Source: Eledone cirrhosa (Eukaryota). From it: a DNA stretch of 64,000 bases. A program made the position numbers and the translations under genes. Below the pieces are notes generated by a model. That model had not been told where the DNA came from and searched no databases. It saw only the letters and a list, made by a program, of their open reading frames with translations. Location of the stretch: NCBI GenBank assembly GCA_964016885.1, contig OZ024746.1, positions 87,730,001-87,794,000 of the forward strand, in the 5' to 3' direction. Positions 14,424 to 27,922 of this stretch are shown piece by piece. Numbering within the stretch: the first letter of the stretch is position 1; the number at the start of each line of letters is the position of its first letter.

Positions 14424-14575
14424 ATGATTTCTACGTTAGGCACAAGGCCAGAAATTTGAGGGGAAGGGGAAGTCGATTAATTTGACCCCAGTGCATTACT
14501 GGTACTTTATTTATCGACCCCGTAAGGATGAAAGGATAAATTCAGCGGGATTTTAACTCATAAAATAAAGGGCCT
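14420..14575 (-). mobile_element. Family-1 SINE, 5'-truncated
   Basis: Body and tail match the other copies. Confidence 0.85.
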
Positions 14576-14694
14576 TAATATTCTTATGTATTGTGCTATT
14601 ATATGTTGCAGTGGCGCACACCCACGCAAATAGATTCACTCTATGTACGCTTGCACACACGCTTGAACGCAAGCACGGACACATACATATATAC

Positions 14695-14769
<75 letters not shown>

Positions 14770-14916
14770 GGAATAGAATGACACGAAATTTCATTTCTCA
14801 CTCTTAGTACGGCACTTACTTAAATGTAAGTATGCATGTATGTGTACGTACATACATATATGTATACAGACGTACGGTAGTATGTATATATATACATACA
14901 TGCATATATATATATA

Positions 14917-15227
14917 TGCACGTATCGGTTTACCCAACATTTATTATAATGCTCGGTTTTGACTAAACTCACTCGATATGCAAATTAGGCTACTCAGCCG
15001 TTAATATGCATAAGGAAAGTATATACTTTCAGACGTTCAACCATCTGGCAGGAAGGTATACGATGCTGACGATAGCTAATAAGCTTGAAACTAGTACATC
15101 GTTCCTGTGTCAGTGTTGAACAAATGTGACGTGGTTGCCTAAACACTGTACGGCATAATTCGGGCTGTTTGTTTGTTTACAAACAAACCGAGCATTATAA
15201 TAAATGTTCGGTAAACCGATACGTGCA
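14917..15227. mobile_element. MITE-like element with about 45-bp terminal inverted repeats in (TA)n
   Basis: TGCACGTATCGGTTTACCCAACATTTATTATAATGCTCGGTTT ... AAACCGAGCATTATAATAAATGTTCGGTAAACCGATACGTGCA, flanked by TA. Confidence 0.75.
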
Positions 15228-15295
15228 TATATATATATATACATGCTACTGTACGTCTGTATACATATATGTATGTACGTATACATACATACATA

Positions 15296-15351
<56 letters not shown>

Positions 15352-15356
<5 letters not shown>

Positions 15357-15495
15357 AAATAATAAATTTGAAGACTACAACACAAAGAGGGCTCGATAAG
15401 GATAAATATATATAAAATATATAAGAACCGTAGAGTAAATATTTATTAAAATAACAGATTACAATTTAAGCAAAGAATCGCTGCTTTCACCCAAT
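15352..15495 (-). mobile_element. Solo terminal fragment of the 38-40 kb PLE family
   Basis: Near-identical to 38027-38167. Confidence 0.85.
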
Positions 15496-15636
15496 GAAAC
15501 ACTCCTAGTCCTGTAGAAACCATTTCTATATTAAATATTTATACTCTGCTATGTATTGAGTACCTTACTTATTGTGGTTAACCCTGATTGAACAAGGGAT
15601 ACACACATACACACATATATATACTTTTATATATAT

Positions 15637-15677
<41 letters not shown>

Positions 15678-15745
15678 CTCTTTTACTCTTTTACCTGTTT
15701 CAGCCATCCGGCTGAGGCCATGCTGGGGCACCGCCCTTGAAAAGC
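15678..15745 (-). mobile_element. SINE 3' tail fragment
   Basis: Minus strand GGCGGTGCCCCAGCATGGCC...GAAACAGGTAAAAGAGTAAAAGAG resembles an octopus SINE tail (from memory). Confidence 0.6.
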
Positions 15746-15852
15746 ATGAAACCTTATATGTAACCCATGACCAGTATTGAACCCCAAACCAGGACCTCAA
15801 CATTCTCTGGTATCATCCACCAGACCACCATGAAGGCTATTAATGTATATAT

Positions 15853-16162
15853 TAATTTATTAAAATAACAGATTAAAGTTTAAGCAAAGAATCGCGGCTT
15901 TCACCCTTAACAGGATTTTCTGAAACTAAAAAAGTCAATCTGTCTTCCTTCGGTTGCAACGTTTTTTTAAATATTTACTTCTGCGTTCACAGATTGACTT
16001 TTTTAGTTTCAGAAGATCCCGTCAAGGGTGAAAGCAGCGATTCTTTGCTTAAACTTTAATCTGTTATTTTAATAAATATTTGCTCTACGGTTCTTATATA
16101 TCTGATATATATTTATCCTTATCGAGCCCTCTTTAGATTTTAGTCTTCAAATTTATTATTAT

Positions 16163-16166
<4 letters not shown>
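15853..16166 (+). mobile_element. Non-coding foldback made only of the 38-40 kb PLE terminus
   Basis: 15853-15943 is the reverse complement of about 15989-16078. The sequence matches 40410-40548 and the complement of 38027-38115. Confidence 0.88.
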
Positions 16167-16204
<38 letters not shown>

Positions 16205-16683
16205 TGGTGTACCATTCGCGGTAGGGAAATAACTTGCCTTTCTTATCATTTAAAAAAAATCTAATATGTAATATAAATATGTATGAATGTGTGTTTGTGT
16301 GTGGTCGTGTGAGTGTGTATTTGCGTGTTTGTGTCTCTTGTTTTGTGCGGGTGTGTGTGGTGGTGTGTGTGAGTAAGAGAAACAAACATTACGTATGTTA
16401 CTGTAAAAACTTGTGCAATAACTATTATCGAATCATTCAGAATATCAACAATGTCACATGTTATAAGTGTTGTTGGTGCTGCTGCCGCTGATGTTGATGG
16501 TGACTGTTGTGATGTTACTGGTGGTGGTAATGATGATTGGGTGAGTGATGATGGTGAATATGGTATCGATGCGTGTAATTTTACAGTTGTAGAATCTTAG
16601 AATTGCGATCTATACCGTTGGCCCAACCACTGACATTATCATCAATACGATTAAATATATAAACATTGAACTTCTATGAGGCC

Positions 16684-18402
16684 GCCGAACGTGCAAAAAT
16701 AGCAGTCAAATTATTCCCAAACGCTAATGACCTTATAATCTTTTAAAGGACCGATTCATTAAGACAGGTTGTTCTCTGTCTGGATAATTTGATTAGTATG
16801 TTTTGGCGCTTTCCTATAATCTCTACAAAACACTTACAGCAGCGACTGTCCTATTGGCATCGTTGTCAATAACAATAACAAAAAGAATAATTGTTTCTAC
16901 TTTTGGCACAAGGCCAGCAATTATCCCAGTGCATTACTAGTACCTTATTTAATCGACGTCGTTAGGGTGTAAGGCAAAGTTAACCTCGGTTTAATAACAA
17001 CGACATGCAAAGTGTAAATGAAAAGCTTGAACACGTGTCTGGTTGATTTGCTAGAAAGAGAAGCCAACTATTATTCCAAAACAAAATATGTGGTCCTCAA
17101 GTCTGAAATGCCTTTGATTTTATATTTATAATAAGCTCCATCAGGACAAAACCTGGAGTAAACAACAACGGCCACCACAATAACATTCTCTAGCAATGAA
17201 AAATGAGAACTTCTATTTAATAGAGTCAGTCATACATAAAATAAGACGGCCGTGACTAATGTAACTACTATTACTGACAGTGTCAGACATATTACTACTA
17301 CTACCACCATCACCACCACCATAACCAATACTATTACGACTACTACTACTTCTACTACCACCACCAATAGTACTGCTAATACTACAACTTCTACTACAAA
17401 TACTACTTTACATCTTCTACTCTGACCATTACCCTCACAAAAACAACTACTGTTACTACTACTACTGCAAGCATTGCTGCTAATACAACCGCAGGCCGGG
17501 CTTAGGAGGGCCTCGGTAGTGTTTTTTTTATTTTGCTTTATTAATTTATTTAACTATTTGTGGTTGTTTTGTATGTTTCTACTTTTTTCTTCTACTTTGA
17601 GTGCTCGCAAATATTCGGAATCCTTCTGTTTTTACGTCACCGGAGAATGAGCCGAGAGATAGAGATGAATGAAGAACGAGTCAGAGGCAAAAGAAACAAA
17701 AAAATGATGTAACATTAAAGAAAGGAATTTCAAAATTCCAACTCGAAACACACCCATTGCTGGAGCCTGAATGTTGGATGTCGACATGGCAGATATCATT
17801 GCCAAATCTCTTTTAAAACACACCCTACGTCTTATGTAGAAAGAAAAGATAAGGTTGGATAAAGTAATCTTAGAGCCCCTCCACCAACACAACCAACACA
17901 AAACGGGACAGTTTGGGTCTATGATCATATATCTAATCCATTAGAGCAGTCTTGGGGCTAAACAACATCAGCGAAGATATGTTATGACAGTAACTTATGC
18001 AAACACTGCCACACTATACACACACGCATCGTGTACATAGATAAAAACTATTTGGTTAGAAGGGTAGAATAGATCGAGAAATATGATGTATTGCTAATTA
18101 AGCATATTCTTGCATGTGCCTCTCCGTCTGTATACTTGTATGTCTATCGTTCTACTCGCCTGCTTTATTTAAGCTGCTGTCCTTCATCGACTGGTTGTAT
18201 TTTCTATTTATCTATGTTGTGTATGTATGCATGTTTATCAATCCAGTCAATTTGTGCGATTCAAACATATAAACATATACAAGTATAAGCTGGATGTCTA
18301 ATCTATTCATGTATGAATACATATGTAATTGTACATTTTTTAGAGGGAGAATCAGTAAGTAAGAAACATATCTATTTTCTTTTCTATCAAACTTTCTACC
18401 CA

Positions 18403-18466
<64 letters not shown>

Positions 18467-19532
18467 TGTATGTGTCTATGCGAGTATGTATGTATGCATA
18501 TATATATAACGTGTAAATATCGATGTATAGAAGATTATGGTATCAAAGACATGCGCATCATTTCAATAATTCACTACCACCTCAACATCCGTTTCTAGGC
18601 GGTGATGCCTATGCGTGCATGCATCGGAGCTTTAGACTCTGTAATGATTGCTTAGCCGTGCATAAAAGACGAAAAATACACGCACAACTAACGTTTCCTA
18701 GAAGTACCTGTTATGCTATTCACGAAAGCAACAGCCAAGTATGCAGTCTGTATATCTGTTAGAAAGAGCAAACACATTTCTCTGAAAATCAGCTATTTTA
18801 AAAGACGTGCATCTTGTATAATATAGCTTTAAATGCATATAACCTGGAAAAAATTAAATAAATATAACAATAACGTTACGGTTGAAACTCTTTTCATTAT
18901 AATTCTGCTAAATCAGAGCTGACTTGGAGATATAGACAACTGTAAATACTAATTATCAATGCTACGACTGCAACAATTACTTACATATTACTACTAGTAC
19001 AAGGGTAGCATGAACAACAACAGCAGCAGTAATAACAATTTCGTCCAATTGAATACATACTTATTATTAGCAGTACTGTTTGTATAATTCCCTCACTTCT
19101 CTCAAGCACTCACTCGCACTTTACCCTGTGTGTACCGTGTAGTAATATAATCTCCCTCTCACCTTTCTTGTTTGATCTAATTCTTCCCTCTTACTTCTCT
19201 CTAGCAGTCCGTTGTCATCGACCTTCCTTCTTTCTTTATGCCTTTCTCTCACTCATTTGCTCGCTCCTTTCATGGTTACCAAGAATTGCAATATCAACAA
19301 AGACAACGAGCCGACGAAGAAGCCTCTATGTGTTCGCCCGATCTGCTCGAAATAACAACCAAATTTTCCTCGAATTATACCCAACCGTTTTAGGTGGGGA
19401 AAGGACAAATTGTTCAGTATTCCAGAGCCTGAAGATAAAAAAAAATGAATATGAAATATTCTCGGCTTAAATATATTTGATCATGGGTCTGCTTGATCAT
19501 GGTTGACCTGGGGCTAAACTGCTACAACAACA
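16684..19532 (+). repeat. Several old copies of a second interspersed repeat (family 2) ending GGGGCTAAACAACAAC; copies near 16684, 17040, 17780, 18720, 19325
   Basis: Shared GCTAGAAATAGCAGCCAAAT-like start and (CAA)n-like tail, all in the same orientation. More copies at about 43140-43500. Confidence 0.6.
16888..16990 (-). mobile_element. Family-1 SINE 3' half
   Basis: ATAATTGTTTCTACTTTTGGCACAAGGCCAGC...AAGGCAAAGTTAACCTCGG. Confidence 0.85.
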
Positions 19533-21283
19533 AATGTAACTGCTACATCCAAATACATAAAACCATGTAAACATCAACAACAAGTAGAGATACTATGACA
19601 ACGATAAAACTTTGAGTTTCAAGTAAAAAATCACATGGACCTCAATAGTAAGAGCAAGGGTAGCAGTTATTTTCTACACACATGTTCTTGATTTTACTAA
19701 CTACTACAATGCCACTTCACTACTGCCACCACCATCATCACCATTACGGGAACCAATCAGCACTAACAACTCGTATAACACCACAACCATTACTATCAGC
19801 AACGTGATCATCGATACAATTATTATCATTATGGAATTTATAGCACACATAACAGCCGGTAATCGTGTCTTCTTAAAACAATAACAAGTATACGTGTGAA
19901 GCTGAAATAAGGTAAAGGTTATTACATATAAAAAAAGGGAAGCTGTGTTTTAAGACTATAAATTACAAACGTTTCAACACCATTGAACTTTTTTTTTTTT
20001 TCTGCTAGCTTGACTGCAAAAGTTTTTATTTACAAGTCTCTTAGTTGATTGATATTAGATTTTATTTGAACAATTTTACTCAACATTTGCATTCATTCAT
20101 TTACACATCTACTCATATATATATATATATATATATATATAATGTATAGGGATATATTTGAGAGTTATCTATATTACCGTAAGAGGTGTATATTTAAAAG
20201 TGTATAGAAGTTTATTTTTCGGTGGAGGTTTAAAGAAAGAAAAAAGTATATTTTTCTACTTAACTTTCTGTGAGGAGTTCGCTTACTTTTCAGAAAAGTA
20301 TTTAGCTAAATACGTAAAATCTATTATTTGATATATATGTCTCTCTCGGCTAAACGAAGTGCATATCTGTTTATTTTATACCTTATTCTATATATCGATC
20401 ATATTCGGTCTCTCTATGTACACATTCATAATCTCTCTCTCACAAACACAAACATTCTCTCTCTCTCTCAATGTACTCATGTATTTGAACAGTACACACA
20501 TACACAAATACTACGAATAGCAAAAGCAAATAAATAAAACAAATAACTTGAGTTTGAGTATCTCCAGGCCATCAAAGAAAAAGTGAAGAGGAGGTGGAGG
20601 GGAAAGATATGGAAGATTAAATAATTGGAATAAAATAATTAACATCAAAAATAATAATAGGAATCATATCCATGAGTTGGCTGTGTGGCTAGCCAAGGAG
20701 TTACGATATTTTCTTGTGTGTTGAGCACTAGAGTATTTTTGGAAGTGAAGCCGGTACCAAAGTGAAGCGTGGAGCTGCTTGCTATATGTGCCCACTGGCG
20801 TGCGGAGGGGTGTTCCTACCGCCCGAGGGTTGCTGTGGAATGAGACCTATTCATGTGCGGCGCTGCCCTGTACTCTCCTGTCTTGGACTATGGATGCTGG
20901 CACTCGGGGCCATCTGTAAGTATTCGAATTTACAAAAAGCTAGAAAATATTTCGTTTTTTTTTTTATTTTTGAATTATTTATTTCATATTTTATCTGATA
21001 CTTCTCCATTCCAGCAGATATCTACTATCTCTCTCTCTCTCTCTCTATCGCTCTCTCTCTATATATATATATCTCTATCTCTCTATCGATCTATCTATCC
21101 CTCTATCTCTCTCTCTCTCTCTCATATATATATAAATATATATATATATATAATTCGAAGCTTATGATTTCCTATGTTGCTATACAAATATCCTCTATTC
21201 TCTTTATATGCAAACGAAAATAGAGGGATCGCTACTACATTTATCGAGTAGAATTTCCCTTTATGCACATCTCTATATATATG

Positions 21284-21332
<49 letters not shown>

Positions 21333-22040
21333 ATGTGTGTGTGGAGAGAGAGTGTGTGTCTGTGTGTGTGAGAGAGAGAGAAAAATAGATTGAGAGAGAA
21401 AGGGAGTGGGTGTGAGAGAGGGAGAGAGAGAGAAGAAAAAGAATAGATAAAATATTAAAAAGACAACTTCTGCATATAAACATTGTCACGTTTCTCGTGA
21501 CTCATAAGCAATGTTTTGGAAAATTCTGCTATGAATAATATGCCCACTATTACGCCTAGACAGAAAGACGAAAACAATGTACGTTATAGGTAATTGTTTT
21601 TAAGGGAAATCATGTATATTTATTTATATATATATATATATATTTGATTTGACGATCAATAAAGATATCCCACATGTCGAAAACTTACAACAATTGTATA
21701 CCTATTAATGTATCTATCTTCGGCTGAAATATCACTACAACTAGTAAATAAGAAGTTATATAGAGAGATAAACAAATATGATATATACACAGGAACGCTT
21801 ATACTTAAATAAAGTTTTGCATACATATATATGAATATAAACACAATACTCGTTATCTACTTGACGCTGAGACGCGTGCGTTCATTTCTCAACGAACACT
21901 TGTAATATATTATAATGACGGGCCCATCAGTCATACAACCCATATATTCACACATGCGTTGGATTAAATAGTAACGTTTTATTCGTCGTGTCGGTCGGTT
22001 AGAATTAGTTGACCCCTTAGAAATGTTAAATATATAAATT

Positions 22041-22137
<97 letters not shown>

Positions 22138-22362
22138 AGAGAGAGAGATAGAGAGAGTAAGAGAGAGAGAGAAGTTTTAGCTCGGGTTTCAAACGAGGGT
22201 TAACAACAGTAGAGTAAGGATCAATACAAAGCAGAGTATACATGTTTAATATAGACACGCTTGTACAGGGCTTCCTGATGATTTCTCACGTTATAAACCG
22301 TTTCTACTCCTGTAGAAGCTTCTCCTCTCTCTCTCTCGCTCTCTCTCTCGATCTCTCTCTCT

Positions 22363-22449
<87 letters not shown>

Positions 22450-22459
22450 ACACACATCA

Positions 22460-22650
22460 AATAGGGTGTGGTAAAAAACCAGATACACCATAACTCACAA
22501 GAGTACTCGATCGATACTTGGGGTCGTAGTAAGTGGGTACTTTGAAAAAGGACCCCGACGGTTGAGCACAGGCAATTTCGACAGCTTGATCCGGTTCGGA
22601 TCTTGCCTTCCAAATGGCAGGAGCTCAGCCGTCGGTGTCCTGTTTCTTTT

Positions 22651-22655
<5 letters not shown>
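22460..22655. mobile_element. Short element with a terminal GC-rich hairpin, copy 1
   Basis: Shares leader TGTGGTAA.AAACCAG...CCATAAC.CAC.AGAGTACTCGAT and hairpin AGGACCCCGACGG...CCGTCGG.GTCCT with 31340-31507. Flanked by (TA)n. Confidence 0.7.
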
Positions 22656-22731
<76 letters not shown>

Positions 22732-22935
22732 TTATAAATGTATATATATATATATGTATATATATACATACATATATATATATATATGTGTGTATGTGTA
22801 TATATATACATGTATATATATATGAATGTATACATACATGTATGTATATATATATATATACATGTATACTTACATGTAATACATACACACATATATGTGT
22901 GTGTGTGTTTGTTTCTCTGTGTGTGTGTCTGTGTC

Positions 22936-22972
<37 letters not shown>

Positions 22973-23264
22973 TACCGATTCTCTACCATTCTCTTCATGG
23001 CACAGTTAAGCTGCCGTTCGATCTCCGGACGATTGATTTTTTTGTTGTCGATTTTAGCTTTGTCATGACACTATTAGTAACGATGTATTGATTCCAGTAT
23101 TGACCTCATCAATACAGATATATTTTTTTAATATACACACACGCACGCGCATTATATGTATGTTTCTATGTGTGTATTTATATGCATATATATGTGTGTC
23201 TATGTGTGTATTTATATATATGTGTGTGTGTGCATAATTATGTACGTACGTATGTATTTATAGA

Positions 23265-23322
<58 letters not shown>

Positions 23323-23533
23323 TGTGTGTGTGTGTGTGTGTACCTGTGTGCGTGCGTGTGTATAATTATGTATGTATTTATATACATATATGTGTGTGTG
23401 TATAATGTGTATGTATGTTTTTATAGACATATATGTGTGTGCGTATAATTTGTGTGTATGTTATTATAGATATATGTGTGTTTGTATAATTATGTATTTA
23501 TGTATGTTATATGTATATATATATATATATATA

Positions 23534-23568
<35 letters not shown>

Positions 23569-25039
23569 TCCACATGTGTATTTGTTATTCTACTTTTGTT
23601 TGTGTAAAACAATTCACAATACATAAAGCCAGACGCGTGGGAATGAATACTATTATATGGCTCTCCTTATATTCTAACGGCTCTTTATGAAACAAAATAT
23701 CATGTATCCGCCTAGTCTCTTGTTCGACCAGGTGTATACTAGGTCGGGGTCCTTGAAAGTGTACACTGACTAATTTTTGCACGTTTTTTTAAAATGAAAT
23801 GACACATTCAGACTCCTCAAACTCTTATTTCGAACATTCACCTTTATGTGAAAGAAAGTTTCCCCTTCTCTCATAAGACATGTGTGTGTAGAGGGACGTA
23901 TGACATAGTAGTTATGCTCGGCGTCTTTTATACTAGAGCAAGACAATTTGTTAATGTTTGCTTCAGTTGACTCAGGATGATCCCCTCGAGAACATGTTTA
24001 TGGGTACACGTGTCTACCGACTGTTCATTCACTTGCATGTCAATTTCAAGTGAAGTTTCGTTGATCGAATTATCTGGCACACTCGCCGTTGCAACTGTAG
24101 GTTATAACAACTGTGCGTTGCGTATGAGTTTTTTTGTTGATATGTTTTCCAAAACACATGGATGGTTTTCTCTGGGAGAAATGTCGTTGATATGTGTAAC
24201 AGAAAGAGTTGAAATGGCGAGTGAGCTTCAGGCCGAATGTACGATATATGATGATAGATTAGCAGTATTTGTATTAAGTAGTCTTTCTTAAACAGTAAAC
24301 ACTCAGTCTGTAACACGTCTGGCTACATAGCACTGTTTTAGTGCCAGCGGTGTTAGCCATGACAACTCGCCAACAGATTAGCATGGATTCGCTTGACGAA
24401 AGACGAGTTTACACATCTCACACTTATATGGTGTTACAACAATGGCCTATACTCTGGGGATATTGATAGTCCTCTATCATCTCTACGTCCGTTGGTCCTT
24501 CTCAATGCTCGTTCCTCATTTATTGTGTCTTATCCTCACTTCGGTTCAACATTAATATAATTAGATTGGTATGCTGGAATTCCATTTATGCTCATTTTCC
24601 TATAAACACTAGCTTGCAGCTGTTCAATTGAATTATAAGTGTTATTACAGTTGATTCAAAAGATATATGAATGCCATAGACTCAGCGTTTCTTCAAGAAA
24701 TAACAATTGATTAAATCGCTACTAATGTCTGGTTAACTCTAGTTTTATTGACACCTAAAAGTGATATAAAGCAGAGTTGACTTTACTAAGTGCTATGAAC
24801 AATTTTAACCGGTAAAGCCTGCAATGTTCGTGGGAGAATAGAATCTATAATATCACTCGTCGCTATATGAGTGATATTTATATAATAACCCCAAAGGCAT
24901 AAAAAGTGACTTAGTCTTTGGTTGTAATTAAACAAGTAACCTAAACGGTTGTGACTAAATACCGGAAATAATTTGGTGGGATACCCTAACATATTTGCGA
25001 TTATATTGCCTGAAACATCAATGGCTTTAAAGTAGTCAT

Positions 25040-25215
25040 ACAGCCAGAAATTTGGAGAGGGAGAAAACTGATCGCAGTACAGTATTGGTAATTTATTTGG
25101 TCGACCTCGGAGAATGAACGACAAAGCGGAGATTGGCGGTATTTGAATTCAGAACACAAAAATACTTGAACAAATGCCATAAAGCATTTTGGGCAACGAC
25201 TTAACGATTCTCCTA
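25040..25215 (-). mobile_element. Older family-1-related SINE
   Basis: GCCAGAAATTTGGAGAGG...GGTAATTTATTTGGTCGACCTCGGAGAATGAA...GGTATTTGAATTCAG. Confidence 0.75.
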
Positions 25216-25509
25216 TTCTCTCCATATTCTCTCTATTGCTAATTAACAATGAAAATCTAATTGAAAATAATGGATGTTTAAAATTTACACTCAAAGTCAA
25301 CAATATATGGGGAAGGAATGTCCATTATATTTGACCCCAAACCTGACGGGCATTGTATTTTATTGACTGCGAAAGGAGAAAAGCAATGATTCTAACATTT
25401 GAATTTGAGCCGTCAATAGTCTTTCGCTGATAATTTTCTTTTCAATGCTGACATTATTATTAATTTTACTCTTAGCATCTTTGTAGTAGAGTCTTTAAAC
25501 GTATTTCAA

Positions 25510-27150
25510 TTCTTCTTCTTCTTCTTCTTCTTCTTCTTCTTCTTCTTCTTCTTCTTCTTCTTCTTCTTCTTCTTCTTCTTCTTCTTCTTCTTCTTCTTCT
25601 TCTTCTTCTTCTTCTTCTTCTTCTTCTTCTTCTTCTTCTTCTTCTTCTTCTTCTTCTTCTTCTTTTGGGATGGTAGTTGAAACAGAGTCATCAAGCAGAA
25701 GCAATCGTCTGCAATTGCTCCGGTTAGATGTCCAAGCAGGATCAGGCGACCTACATTTTTCTCGGGGACTACATCCATGTCGCCTGCCGGGTGGTTTGGT
25801 CCGTGAAATATATCCAGTAATTCTTTCCTGGGATATTCTGACCGCATCAGCGAAATAACGGTTCAGTGCCGATCTCCTGATCGCCATGTTACTCAGTCTT
25901 TCGAGTGACTTTATTCTGAGGACTCTTCTGAGAAACCCCATTTCAGTCGTTTGTATTAGAGATCATTTTCTTTCAGCCTTTACCCAAGATACATGATCAT
26001 AGGAAAGAGCTGGCACTAATTGAAGATAGAAAGTTTGACTGTTACGCCTATCACCCTTATTCTGATGATCGAATCATGTAGCTTTCACATTACTGCAACA
26101 GCTTCTGCAATACATGCTATTAATTCAGCCTCCTGATTTCATCACTCGTGAACACGACCCTGAAATACTTCCATATCTTCACCTGTTTCAGTGGAATTTC
26201 ATACACGTATAGAGTGCACCGCGCAGACTTCCTGCGAAAATGAGTGTCTTAATTTTCACAGCACTGATTTTCATTCCTGTAATGTCCTACTCGGGGGATA
26301 TTCTATCAATGCATGTAGGAGATCACTTATAATATTCTAGCGTACTGATCCTAGATACACCTGTCTTGATACCACATCCAACCTAGCTGCAAATGCAAAT
26401 TGTGTACATTAATACTATGAAAAAGAATGATGACAACATCAACACTTCTTAGAGGCCGACACCTACATTGAATGGTTTCGTCATTTATCCGAACAGAAAT
26501 TATAGATCAATCGTATAGAGAAATAGTGCATGAAGAAGTCCACCAAGAACATATTAAAGAACATCTTACACATCAGGTCTCGAGGATCCAGGTCATATGG
26601 CTGTTCAAGCATACATTTCTTTGCAATATTTACTTCGATTTCTCGAATACTTACTGCAAGGTGAATGATTGATCGGATGTGCTGTATCCGGAGAGAACCC
26701 ACTCGATTCAGCAGTTATTTTGAACTCGAGAATATCCCTTCCTTTCCAGACACTTAATATAGTCTTTACCATGAGTCTTAAAATGGTGAGCCTTTATAAT
26801 TAAAGCAATCTCTTTTTTCTTCTTTCTGGAAAATTTGGATTATCACTTCCGATTGATATTACTTAGGCCCCTTTCCAGAGTAACATATCAGCCAGTACAC
26901 ATCAGTCTCCTACATTCTCTAATGAAGGCATTTGCAACATTGGGCCGAAAGCCATCCTCTTCAGAGGCCTTGCTACATTTGATTTGTTTAATTGCTGTGG
27001 TGAAATCAGCCTCATAGAATTTAATGATTGCTCCTAGATTCACCTTTTATATTTCAGAAGATGTTTTTGAGACCGGCTTTTGGAGATCAGGATGCATCTC
27101 TCTGAAGAGAGAAGCTAGACACGTCCCTGAATGGAGGCTTGATGATGATG
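25510..27150 (-). mobile_element. Decayed RTE-like LINE 3' portion with (GAA)n tail
   Basis: Minus ORF MGFLRRVLRIKSLERLS...VRISQERITGYISRTKPPGRR, upstream RT remnant LEQPYD (EKAYD-like), and (TTC)n at 25510-25662 as the 3' tail. Confidence 0.8.
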
Positions 27151-27787
27151 TCATCCCACGCTCTCCACTATACACAGTCATTTTAAAATGACACGATATG
27201 TTTCAGAAATTCACTCTCCCACATTCTTCTGTATATTTGAGCCATTTTGATAACAAATGTCCTCTACTTCTAGGATCCTAATATGTTCATACAATAGGTC
27301 GATATTTATGTAAAAATTTCCCATCATAATTTCATGTAAGAACCTCTGTTAAATTATATTCCAAACACCAGTTTAATAATGGGAATTATAGGCAATATAT
27401 TTCACTAGAAATATGGTAACGACATGGTTAAATTGATTGAAATATTTCAAAAGAGAAATGCGTTTCACTTTAGCCGAGAAGGTGATTGATAATCCGACTT
27501 TACCTCAACATTGTAATGATTTCATTTCTAAAGAATAAAGGCTCTCCAAATGGTTTAGGCCTTATGTATGAATACTTTAAACAATATATTGTGATTCTGC
27601 CTTTTATCGCGTATCTGCAATATCATGTGTGGTATTTATCTTTTAACCTATGTGAAACCAAATTTTGATGTTATTGGGTATTACTACCACAAATGATTTC
27701 AAAGAACAATGGGGAAATTCTTTCCTTCACATTCTCTTCTTTGTCTCTAACTGATTACCTCAGCTTTTCTCTTTTCCGCTGATCCTA

Positions 27788-27922
<135 letters not shown>

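Noticed and set aside
25495-25941. Poly-Glu and poly-Lys ORFs
   Set aside because: Read-through of a decayed LINE into its (GAA)n tail.
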